This document shows positions 42,002-64,000 of a DNA stretch of 64,000 nucleotides, one piece after another; position 1 is the first letter of the stretch, and the number at the start of each line of letters is the position of its first letter. The notes under the pieces were generated by a model. It searched no databases, was not told where the DNA came from, and saw nothing but the letters and a program-made list of their open reading frames with translations. This stretch comes from the human T2T-CHM13v2.0 reference genome, Homo sapiens: assembly GCF_009914755.1 (NCBI RefSeq), contig NC_060927.1; one strand, 5' to 3'. A program made the translations under genes and the position numbers.

Positions 42002-43589
42002 CTGCAAAAGAGAACTGTATTATACTCAATTCTAATAAAGCCCAAATGAATTTAGAAGCCAACTAGCATGTATTTAAAAATCCAACACATTACAAACACA
42101 GTCCCACATGGCAGACTATAAGATCTGGGTAGTAAAAAAAATATTGAACTCAGATTTAAGAAATAAGTTATCCTCCCTTTTCTACCTTTAAATTCCCCAT
42201 GTGTGTTTAGGGGGAAAAAAAATGAGATATCAACATTGGAGGATTGTGTACATGCAAAATGAGCAAAAGAGTAATACTATACAAGTATTAAATTAGGTTT
42301 AAAAAGTAAAATTCCAAGGACACAAGTACCTCAATAATTAAACCTATGTATAGGCAAACAATTATAAGCCAAAGCTGAATGTTAATATATTTCAAGCGTG
42401 GTTCATATACCAAAAGTATGGTAACAAATTTTCAGTAGTATGTGGTAATAAATTTTACCTACAGAGAAAATAATTTAAAGTCTAAGGTACTGGTAAAATA
42501 ACAAATTTTGGAATGATAGTCACAATGTTACTACTAAGGAAAATTTAGAAATATAAAACATACTATAATGTATAAGTGCATACATATGAAACAAAATATA
42601 AAAACTTAGACTGGAAGGATTCAAGCCTATTTGGGTAGTAGATAACTCTAAAGAGGGAGAGTATTAGAATCAGGGAATATAAAATAAATAAGTTTTCAAC
42701 TTTCTATAATACTTCTTTAAAAACAAATTTAAATCTGAAAAAATAGGAATTATATTGGTTAAATCTGAGTGATATGTATTGGCATATTATTCTCTATACT
42801 TATGTACATATTTGAAGTATTTCATAATTTTAAAATATATAAATTATTTACAACTAAGGCAACTAGTATAAGTCAAAAACAAGGACTATAAAGACCAATT
42901 ACACGTAATGCTTCCTTGTTTTGAGAGAATTATTTGGAAGGCTAAAAATGACTTATAAATTAAAAAAAGCTACAGTATCCAAACATCACCAGTGTAGTGT
43001 CATAGTTAAAGAAAGGGTTATTGCTGCTATTACACTGCTCATTTTCATATTTACTTTGGTAAAATTTTCTTTATTTTCAGATTGGAAATTAAAAGGCCAA
43101 AATAATCAAAATCGTAAGGGTGAGCCAATTTCACTTGCAAAGAGGTTCTGACTGAGTCAAATCATTCCACTCCTCAACCCTCAAGAATCATTCTTGAAGA
43201 ATAAGGGCATCTAAGCAAATTTATACCATAGAGTTTTGTTTACTGAAAATGAAAACCAAAAGAGAAGTCAAAAAAAATTTGTCCTCCCTGAAAGAATTAT
43301 CACTACAGGCACTATAAACAAAAATAAAATGTGACCTAAAAGACGATCTAAAAAGATGCTTAGGTACTTATGTTTCCCCTGATATAAGAAGCAAACAGTG
43401 TAATAGTCCTTGTTTTTCTAGCACAATGAACACTGAAAAACAAAATAAGATTTCACATGTAAATCACATTAAAAGTTATATGGTTGTAGAAAAAAGACTT
43501 TATAACAGAGGATTTTCTTGACTAAACGCTAAGCATTAAGTAGTTGGCATGAAACCAAAAATAAAAATGAGTATTTTCAAAAGGTAATG

Positions 43590-46270
<2,681 letters not shown>

Positions 46271-46409
46271 AAAAAAGGTATTAAAATATACAATAAATGA
46301 AGGGAATAGGAGAACTAGTTCTACTAATTTCATAATAAAACATAATACAGAGTAACATCAACAAGTAAAGTATAGTATTACAGACTAGTATATAAGAAAT
46401 GGCTGGCAA

Positions 46410-46680
46410 ACAGCAAAAAACCAAACACCGCATGTTCTCACTCATAGGTGGGAATTGAACAATGAGAACACATGGACACAGGAAGGGGAATATCACACTC
46501 TGGGGACTGTTGTGGGGTGGGGGGAGCGGGGAGGGATAGCATTAGGAGATACACCTAATGTTAAATGACGAGTTAATGGGTGCAGCACACCAACATGGCA
46601 CATGTATACATATGTAACAAACCTGCACGTTGTGCACACGTACCCTAAAACTTAAAGTATAATTTAAAAAAATGCAAAAA
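46410..46680 (+). mobile_element. L1PA 3' end
   Basis: L1PA 3'UTR with G-rich tract and A tail. Confidence 0.88.
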
Positions 46681-47059
46681 GAAAAAAAAACAGAAGAATT
46701 TGAAACAAAGCTGGGAAACAAAGCTTTCAAATTCAGTTGTAGTGGACTAACTGGGTAACAACAGAGAAAAAAAAGAATTCAGAACTACATCCAATACTCT
46801 AAGGTAAAATGAACTATCATATGCTAATGACTAAAAGTTGTAAGATTTTTTTTAAACAACCATCAGAAGAAAAACACTATATTTATTAGCCTTGTGGAAG
46901 AAGAATTTCTTGAGAATGGAAGTAAAGAAATTATAGAGAAAAATATGATCGGATTCAACCACATACATGGTAAACTTTTAATAAATGATAAACTAAGAGC
47001 ATCAAAATAAAAAAGAGAAATTAAACCCAAAACTGCATCAAACGAAGTGCAATACACAG

Positions 47060-50000
47060 GAGTTCCCAGTCCAACATGAAAGGAGCTTGGAAGTTATCTA
47101 TCCTAACGGGTAAAACTGAAAAATCAACAACTCTTCCTGGACGTGACAGAAAAGTGAAGTCACAGGATGAATGGCTGCCCCCAAAATGGGAGAAAGACAG
47201 CCAGGTGAATACAGAGAATCGCAACTTACTAAAGCAAAAACCCACAAGCAGAAACAGTCCCAGTAACTACTATTGGAGTATGAAGACCTAAACTGCAATT
47301 GACAAATTGCTGAGGGTTCAGTGTACATAAGTCTAAGAGTTAAAAATCCCAGAGGACTTAGTCATAAAGGGGGTCGCACACTTTTGTGAGTTTTATCTCC
47401 AGGAGTTCAACCAGGTTCTCACAGTGAATATCAGAAAAATCCCCTCATGGTTCAGCAGAGGAAGGAAAACATTTTCAAATATATCAGAGCACTCTGTTCT
47501 TAACAAGGCCTGCCCTCAAGAAAAACTATTTCACCAGAGCCTAAACTATGAGTTATTTTTTAGAGCCTAATCAAGCAGGGGAAATAAAAAATACCCAACT
47601 CTAGCTCCGTCTAGCATTCTGTGTGAGGAAAAGCAAGGAAAATACACAATTCCAAGACCATCTAGCTTTCCATGTGGGAGAAGGGAAATATCTAACTTCA
47701 TTATATTCCAGGTATGCTGTTGCACCAAAGCATTCAGAAGAGAATGAGAAGCACTTGTAAAGTTAACAGGCCAAGGACAAAGGCTCATTAACGCCTGAGG
47801 TTGCAATTTTTTGAATTTTTGCAATCACAGCTTGGTGATAACCTTTAGCAATAGGATATAAATAACTTCCACATGCCTAGCGTTCCAGTAATAGAACACT
47901 AAGCATAAATGGGTTAAAAGACTGAAACCTAACAGGACTACAGAATGCTTTTCTTCCTCTCACATCTTACCACCACATTCCTAAAGGTCTATTTACAGTA
48001 GTTGCTTTTATCTAGTACGTCATGTCCAACTATCCAAAAAAAAACAAAAAACAAAAAGAAAATTAAAAGCCACTCTAAAAGAAAAAAAACCACAGTTTGA
48101 CAACAAGTATCAGAACCAGAACCAGACATGTCAGAGATGTTGAATTATCAGATTAGGAATTTAAAACAAATATGATCAACAGATAAAGTATACAGCATAT
48201 AAGCACTTATGGGCAATGTTAGCAGAGAGAAAGTGTAATGAAGAATGAAAAAGAAATACTAAAGATCAAAACACTGTAACAGAAATGAACAATGCCTTGG
48301 ATGGGCTCACTAGTAGACAGGATATGGAAAAGGAAAGAATCTCTGAACTTGAGTATATAGAAATAGAAAATTCCAACACAGGAAAGCAAAGAGAAAAAAA
48401 GACTAAAAAAACCCGTAACAGAATATTGAAGAAATGTGGGACAACTACAATAGGTGTAGCATAGGCACAACGGGAATATCATAAGAAGAAAGAGGTAAAG
48501 AAACAGAGGAAAAATGCAAAGCAATAATGCATGAGAATTTCCCCAAATTAATGTCAGACACCAAATCACAGACTGGCAAGTTCAGAGAACACCAAAGAGA
48601 ATAAATGCCCAAAAAATAACACCTAGGCATATCATATTAAACTGCAAAAAAATCAAAGATTTAAAAACAGTTAATAAAATCCAGAAAAAAATAAGCCCTT
48701 AACTATAGAAAAACAAAGACAAGAATTGTATCTCATTTCTCAGAAACCATGCAAGTAAGAACACTGTGGAGTGAAATCTTTTAAGTGTTCAGAGAAAAAA
48801 AACCTACCAATAAATAAATAAAGTACAAAGTTGCAGGATTAATACTCTCTGATTTCAAAACTTTCTGTAAAGCTACGGTAATCAAAACAGTGTGGTACTA
48901 GTATAAAAACAGACACATAAACCAACAGAACAGAATAGAGATCCCAGAAATAAACCCTCAAATACATGGTCAAATGATTTTCAACAAGGGTACCAAGACC
49001 ATTCAATGAGGAAAGGGCAGCCTTTTCAACAAATGATGCTGGAAAAACTGAATAGCCACATGCAAAACAATGAATCTGTACCCTTACCTAACACCATATA
49101 CAATAATTAACACAAAATGGATCAGAGACCTAAGCATAAGGCATAAAGCTATTTTGAAAATTCTTGGAAGAAAACATAGGGGAAAATCTTCACATTAGAT
49201 TTGTTAACATTTCTGAATATGACAACAAAAGCACAGTCAACTAAAGAAACAGATTACGTAGACTTCATCAGAGTAAAAAGGCAACCCACAGAATGAGACA
49301 AAATATTTGCAAATCCCATATCTATTAAGGGATCAGTATCCAGAATATATAAAGAAATCCTACAACTTACAAAAAAAATCCAATTCAAAAGCAGGCAAAG
49401 TACTTGAATAAACATTTCTCTAAAGAAGACATATAAATGGCCAACAACACGAAAAGATGTTCAATATCACTATTCATTAGGAAAATGAAAATCAAAATCA
49501 CAATGAGATACCACCTCACATGCATTAGGATGGTTATTATCAAAAAAACGAAAACAAGTATTGGCGAGATATGGAGTAACTGGAACCCTTGTGCACTGCT
49601 GGTGGCAATGTAACATGGTGCAGCCACTATGAATAATAGTATGATGTTTCCTCAAAAAGCTAAAAATAGATTGCCATATGATCCAGCACTTCCACTTCTG
49701 GATATATACCCAAAAGAACTTAAAGGAGAGATACAAACACACACTGAACACCCATGTTCATAATGGCATTACACACAATAGCCAAAATGTAGAAGCAACA
49801 CCACTATCTATCAACAGATGAATAGAACAAAATTTAGTTGATACCTAAAATGGAATATAGTCAGCCTTAAAAAGGAAGAACATTCTGACACATGCTGCAA
49901 CATAGATGAACTTTTAAGACACTATGCTAAGCGAGATAAGTCAGTTAGCAAAGGACAAATACTGTGATTCCACTTATTTAAGGTACTTAGGGTCATGAAA

Positions 50001-50170
50001 TAAATCATAGAAACTGAAAGTAGAATGGTGGCTGTCAGGGTTTAGGGGGAGAGAGGAATGAGGAGTTCCTGTTTCATAGATACAGAGTTTCAGTTTGGTA
50101 AAAATGAAAAAAGTTCTGAAAATGAATGGTGGTAATGGTTGTACAATAATGTGAATGTACTTAAAATAGA
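47060..50170 (+). mobile_element. Old L1M 5'UTR/ORF1 fragment followed by L1MB ORF2/3' fragment
   Basis: L1M-type similarity throughout; many stops and frameshifts. Confidence 0.72.
47792..47913 (-). mobile_element. MER85 piggyBac MITE
   Basis: TTAA on both sides (47788-47791, 47914-47917), gcataaatggg terminus, internal palindrome gttccagtaatagaac. Confidence 0.85.
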
Positions 50171-50380
50171 TTAAAGTCCCTATTATTCAAAATGAGAACA
50201 CAGATACTAATTAACTTTGGACTTTAATAGGTCTATCAAGTATATTATAATTTATAGAAAACTATTTAAAAATAGAAAGAGTCTAAATCTTCTAGAACGT
50301 AAAGCAAACCACCGCCCCCCCCCCCCACACACACACACACACACAAAACAAAACATAACTAATTTTTAAAATACAAGAAT

Positions 50381-50538
50381 GGGTGGGGCACAGTGGTGCA
50401 CACCTATAGTGTGCTACTTCGAAGGCTGACTTGAGGCCAGGAGTTCAAGGCTGTAGTGCACTATAATCATGCCTGTAAATAGCCACTGCACTCCAGCCTG
50501 GGCAACATAGCAAGACCTATCTCTAAAAAAAAAAAAAA
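50381..50538 (+). mobile_element. Alu right-arm/FRAM-like monomer
   Basis: Single Alu arm with A tail; flanks aaaatacaagaa. Confidence 0.75.
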
Positions 50539-52064
50539 TACAAGAAAGGAAAAAAAGTCAAGCAGACCAAATAAAAAGCATAAAGAAAAATAGTAGTATA
50601 AAATATAAACAGACTATGCCTTATAGTTAAAAATAAATGTAGACTGAATGTAAAAAGAGAAGTATCCAGATACATACTATTTACTGGCAACACATATAAA
50701 ATGAAAATGTCCAAAGGAGCATTGTTTATGAGAGAAAAAAAACTGGATACAATCCAAACTCCATCAATAAAAAGTAGGTAGATCTATTTTTAATATTAAT
50801 ACAATAAATACATAAGTAAAACTGGATGATCTCTAGCTCTATGCATCAACATGAATGAATCTCACAAAAATGTTAGGCAAAAAAAATGCATGCCATGTAA
50901 TACATATTGTTCAGTAACCTGAATCATTTTTCTAAAGTTCACAATTATATAAAACTTAAAATTCAGAAAAGTGGTTAATTCTAAGGCGAATGCATGGGAA
51001 TGGGACAGAATGGGCAAAGTGGGGAACACAGAAGGCTTCGGTGATGCTGATAATAATCTATTTTTTAATAGAAGGTGAACATTTGGGTGTTTATTTTAAC
51101 ATTATGTTTTTTAACTTAAATGCATCTCATATATATTAGACCTGTGTTATAGTTCTACCTCTGCCACTTAATCTCTTTGAACCTCAAAAAGTTTCCACAT
51201 TTATAAAATAGAAATATTAACTGGTCTCCTATCTATCTCATAGGCCTACAGTAAAGATTAATATCAAAAGAGGATAGTGTGAAATGAATAAAAATAACAC
51301 TATTTTTCATGATTATAATCATTTAATCCAGAAAAATATTTAGATGAAAGCATATCAAAATATTATCAATGCTTATTATTGAGGAATGGATTATGGGTAA
51401 TATCAATTTCATACTTTTCTATATATCTCTTAATATAAATATGCATTATTGTTCAAATTAGGAAAAAGTTTAAATGTTTACATAAATTACATATAGATAA
51501 TAATGAAATATTATTTTGAAAAGAGTGATAACCATATAATGCAAATGTTCAAGAGTTAACCGTGCAAATGAGTATCATTATTAGTAATTTTATTCAAAAC
51601 TGACTAATGTTTCTAGCATAAAGGAGTTGAACTTAGGATATATGCACTATTTGTATCAGTGTTTTTCAAATTGCTAGTCAGAAGAAAATTTATGACATAA
51701 AACATAGAAGAGAAATTTTAAGTTAACAGGGGAAAATGATCTCAAAATAGAGTATCTTCTTTAGTGTTTATGTGGATTATTGTCATTACCAAATTACCAA
51801 AGGAAAGCTTAAAAAGAAAATCAACTGACATGAATATAGGAAACTATGACAGAGCTGGAATACATTAATAAAAATGAAACCTCCTCCACTTCCATTTAAA
51901 AGCTTTGGGCTCCCTCTGTTGGAAGTCTATATTAGAGTCTTGCAATTTAAAATAGCAATTTGATCCCTTTCACTCAAGGCTAATTACCAATCCCTGCTGA
52001 GTGGCTGGCTACAATAAAACCTTTATTACTTTTGTAAAACATAATTTTATGAAATATTTTTCTT

Positions 52065-52370
52065 CTTTTTTTTATTTTTAGGTACAGGGTCTCACTCTGT
52101 CACCCATGCTGGAGTGCAGTGGCTTGATCATCGCTCATTGTAACCTCTAACTCCTGGGCTCAAGCAACCTTCCAGCTTCAGCTTTCTTAGTAGATAGGAC
52201 TACAGGCACACAGTACTGCACCTGACTAATTCTTTTTTTAAAAGTTTTTTGTAGAGACAGGGTCTTGCTATGCTTCCCAGGCTGATCTTGAACTCCTGAC
52301 CTCAAGCCATCCTCCTATCTTGGCCTCCCAAAGCACTGAGATTACAGGTATGAGTCACCACACCCAAGCC
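52065..52370 (-). mobile_element. AluJ
   Basis: Diverged Alu dimer on -. Confidence 0.88.
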
Positions 52371-52931
52371 TATTTTCTAATACAATTCGGTATATATTAT
52401 TTGGAAATTAAATTAGACTTCTTTACATTAGCAGTTATAAAGTATTTCTAAAAATCCCAATGGGAAGTAAAATTTAAAAATACTAAAACATTCTGCTCAG
52501 TCTGACCTAAAAGGGAGTTCTTAATAAATATTTATAATGGAAGGGCAAAAAAAGAATCAGAACTTCAATTAGGAAAGTAATCTACAGACTTGTTCAGGAA
52601 TTGATAGCTCATCTAAAGCAGTACAAATGAGAACAGTAGCTGGCTGACTTATCTCCATATTTGGGGTTAAAGAGGTCTTGCCAGGGATAAGCCAAAACAC
52701 AGGAATTAAACACTAACATATTTTGCAAAATAAACTAAAAGTCTTCTATATCAAAGATACTATAAAGAAAGTGTAGTATAGCAAACTTGAAAAACAATTT
52801 ACAATACATATTACAAAGAGTCAATACCTTTAATGAGAGTTTTTAAAATGAATAAGAGATGAGCACCCTAATAAGGACAAATACTAACAGAAACTCATAT
52901 AAGAAATTTTTTAAAACATATTCACTAAAAA

Positions 52932-54869
52932 TGATTAAGTTTGGATAATTGTCCCTGACCAAATCTCATAGTGAACTATATCCCCATGCTAGAGGTGAGG
53001 CCTGGTGAGAGGTGTTTAGGTCATGGGAGCAGATCCTTCAGGGCTTGGTGCCGTCTTCATGATAAGTGAGTGAGTTCTTGCTACATCTGGTTAAGAGTGT
53101 GTAGCAGCCTCCCCACTCTTTCTCTTGCTCCTGCTTTCACCATGTGATGTGCCTGCTCCCCCTTTGCTTTCCACTGATGGCAGCAGCAGCAGCCCATCTG
53201 GAGCAGCTGCTGCAAAGAGGCCGGCTGCAGTGGGGGAGGCACAGCCGGGACTGCAAATTCCACAGAGCTGGTGGGAGCTGGGAACAGGCAGAAGCCCCAC
53301 CCTCCTTCCAAGTTGGAGGGGCGGGAGTCCTGCCTTCCCCAGCACTGCTGCAGCCACATAGCCACAGCTGCAAACCTGGGCATTCCTGTACTCTAAGGAG
53401 CCCAGGAAGGCCCCCATGCCCCCGCACCCTCAGAAGTGTCTGCTCCCACTGCCCAGCCTCTCCACTCTCAGTGCCCACTCCAATTCTAGAGCAAAGTTGA
53501 GGCCAAGGCGAGGCACTGTCACAACCTGGCCAGGTGTACACATGCTCGGGTACACGCCAGCCCCCTGCCACCTCAGCCCCCTCTGGACTTTGGGGGCCAA
53601 TGAGCACAGGAGGGAAGGGGATGCTGAGGGCAGCTCAGTGTGGGCCTGCAGGCACCCCTCAGCATGAACTGCCTGGGCACTGGGGATAGGAGGTTGATGG
53701 CAGTGGGAGGCAGACCAGTTCCTGGGCAGAAAGGGGAGTGTCCCCAGTGAAGCCCCTCCTTCAGGCCTGGGACAGCCTGAAGTCTGGGGCCCAGGCTCCC
53801 AGTTCCGTGGACCAGAGTGACAACTTATGGTGCTTTCTCCAGGCTGAGCCATGGCTGCCTATGGACCAATAAGCGTGCACTTCCTACCCTCCAAAGGCCA
53901 TAAAAACCCCTGGACTCAGCCAGACTTGGGCAGATATCAGGACTACCTGCCTGCAGAGAGAAGCTACCCACTGTGGGTCCCCTCTCAGCTGAGAGCTGTA
54001 TACTCGACAGGATCACCTGCCTGCAAATAGGAGCTATCCACTTCAGGTCTCCTGAGAGCTGTACTGTCACTCAATAAAACACCACTTTACCTTACTCACC
54101 CTCCAGTTGTCCACATACCTAATTCTTCCTGAACACAGGACAAGAATTCAGGACTTGCCAAGTGGCAGGACTGGAAGAGCTATAATACAAACAGGGCTAA
54201 AAAGGGTGCTACACACTCTTGCCACGTTGCGGGTGACTAGAAGAAGAGAAGACAGAAGGAAAGAAGAGCTGTGGCCCTTAAGGGAGCCCACCTAAGAGTT
54301 CCCCTAGCCAGGGCTGTGACACCCTCTTTGGGGCTCTGCAGTTCCTGGTGTCTCCAAGCTTCTGGGCACCACCTCAATCCCCAGTGCCAGCAGTGGAAGC
54401 CACTTGCAGTACGACTGGTCCAACTGCAGTCTTGTGGGAAGCCAGCACCCGTGCCAGCACCTGGAGCTGCCCGTCCCACCACAGCCGACATGCCTGGCTG
54501 TGCACAGTGGCCAGACCCAGCACTCACTCGCTCACACACCCCTCGCCACTCTGCACCTGGCTCGCCGTTGGCAGGTATGGAATCCGGGCCAGTAGTGGGA
54601 GCCAAGCACAGCCTGCCAGGCCAAGTGGGCAGAACAAGCCCAGCAGACCCAAGTAAAACTCAGGCAAAGAGGTCACCAGCTGGCGAAGCAACACCACAAG
54701 GATCCTGTGACATCACCACGATTGTAAGCTTCCTGAGGTCTCCCCAGAAGCAGATGCTGCTATGCTTCCTGTACAGTCTGTAGAACTGTGAGCCTATTAA
54801 ACCTCATTTCTTACATACTACCCAGTATTGGGTATTTCACTAATAGCAGTGCAAGAATGGCCTAATACA
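52932..54869 (+). mobile_element. MST-family MaLR solo LTR, interrupted by MER52
   Basis: TG...CA ends, aaaaa flanks; MST sequence at 52932-53174 and 54716-54869. Confidence 0.8.
53175..54715 (+). mobile_element. MER52-family ERV1 solo LTR (1541 bp)
   Basis: Starts tgatggcagcagc...ccatctggagc, ends ...gacatca; 4-bp TSD ccac; GC-rich; source of the overlapping ORF cluster. Confidence 0.82.
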
Positions 54870-55099
54870 AAAAATAAAAGACGAATGAAATGAAGACAAT
54901 TTAATGAAAACATTTATATATTTTTGCCTACGGCTTATCAAAAAAAGTTTAATCGTAACACCTAATCTTGTTAGAGTATAACAGATTCAAACTGAAAGGA
55001 TTTACTAGAATAAATATATGGAGATGTGTGTGTGTGCATGTGTGTGTGTATATATACAGTATATATATATGTGCCACTTACTGAAGCATTGACATATAG

Positions 55100-55945
55100 A
55101 CAAAAAAAATACCTTGAATGTCTTCTCATGAGGAATTACACATAAGTAAATGAAGTGAACACACCCCACAACCTCAAAGCCCACCCTCAGACCCCACCCA
55201 AGGACAAGGATGACCACTACAGCAGATTTTGGCAAAAGGCAGGGGCTAAATCTGCCACATTTAGGAGATTAAACAGTGCTCAGTCCAGCTTCAAAGCCTA
55301 CACCAAGGCCCCACATAGGCAGAGTCTAACGTCAACTATGCATTTTTACTTAGCAAAGCAGGTGGTCCTATCCATCTGATGGGCAACTCCACCTAAACTT
55401 AGGGCCTCTCCTGCAACCCCGTCCAACTGCTGAACTCAAATAGCAGTATCACACAGCCAGAGAATACATCTTGTGACCCTCTCCATCTAAGACAATTGCA
55501 CTACCATCCAGAGCTCAAATGAATTGCAGAGCTCCTCCAGTGCTCTCAGTCGATAGCAAAGCCCAGTCAGCTGACCTACCCAAACTCAGAGCAAAGGCAG
55601 CAGCCCAGTCATCTAGAGAACCCAACAGCAAACTCTGTCTACCAAGGATCATTACCAGCTGACACATCTAGAATTATAAGCCAGACTAAATGGAGAAGGT
55701 CCATCTCTGCCAAAACTGTAAAAACTAAAAAAGGTAGCTCTCCTCAAATGAGCAGACAACAAGACAAGGACACAAGGACCAGAAAAATCAGGATATCAAG
55801 ACACCTCCAAAATAAAATGAGCAAAGCCGCTAACAACAGGACCTTGAAGAAAGATCTGTGAAAGGACAGATAGGAAATACAGAATAATCCTCTTAAAGAA
55901 CGTCAGTGAACTACAAGAATACATGGATAAAAAAAAAATTAATGA
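55100..55945 (+). mobile_element. Older L1M 5'UTR/ORF1-start fragment
   Basis: L1M 5'-end-like sequence, cut off by the next L1. Confidence 0.55.
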
Positions 55946-63503
<7,558 letters not shown>

Positions 63504-63750
63504 TGTCTTAGTCTGTTTCGTGTTGCTGTAACTGAATACCTGAGACCAGGTAATACAATATAATGAATAGAAATTTATTTAGCTCACAGTTAATCAAGCT
63601 GAAAAGTTTGAGACTGGGTGGCTACATCTGGCAGCTTCTAGTGAGGGCTTCCTGCTCTTCATAGCATGGTAGAAAAGTGTAAGAGGAAGCAGAAGTGCGC
63701 AAAAAGACTAAATAGGACAAACAGGTTTATAACAACTCATTCTCACGGGT
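63504..63750 (-). mobile_element. MST/MLT-type LTR fragment
   Basis: tgtcttagtctgtttcgtgttgctgtaac MaLR terminus. Confidence 0.65.
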
Positions 63751-64000
63751 ACATATGGTATTTGGTACATGCACAGAATGTGTAATGATCAAGTCAAATT
63801 ATCTGGGGTATCCATCACCTCAAGTATTTATCATTTCCATGTGTTGGGAACATTTCAATTCCTCTCTTCTAGCTATTTTAAAATATACAATGCACTACAG
63901 TCACCCTACTCTGCTACTGGATATTAAAACATATTATTTCTATCTAACTATATAGTAGCCATTAACCAAATTCTCTCCATTGCCCCCCACCACACATACA
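63745..64000 (-). mobile_element. L1MA 3' end
   Basis: L1MA 3'UTR similarity on -. Confidence 0.7.

Noticed and set aside
53081-54783. Dense cluster of overlapping 60-170 aa ORFs on both strands
   Set aside because: All lie in the GC-rich MER52/MST LTR; low stop-codon density explains them and there is no recognisable domain

Overview
This is primate (very probably human) genomic DNA from the middle of SENP7, a SUMO2/3-specific protease gene on the minus strand. I traced 14 coding exons (42001 down to 206, 2074 nt, GT-AG and phase-consistent). They encode the SIM-rich region and most of the catalytic domain, including the YPPPPTKGG loop and the SHWY catalytic His; the 5' and last exons lie outside the window. 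The rest is intron filled with Alu, L1, L2/MIR, LTR and DNA-transposon relics. The most notable structure is a 3.2-kb processed KRAB zinc-finger retrocopy with a 5' inversion, inserted in an L1 with a 14-bp TSD. Its inversion junction fuses an antisense Alu in-frame to the KRAB domain, giving a 205-codon ORF antisense to SENP7. Other observations: a strand-specific 25-bp RNA hairpin, an inverted Alu pair against a SENP7 acceptor, two further twin-priming L1s (one splitting an Alu and carrying a short 3' transduction), a templated inverted insertion, a MER85, and several candidate cryptic exons. No prokaryotic system, CRISPR array, tRNA or rRNA was seen. Repeat subfamily calls are from recalled consensus sequences and many boundaries are approximate.
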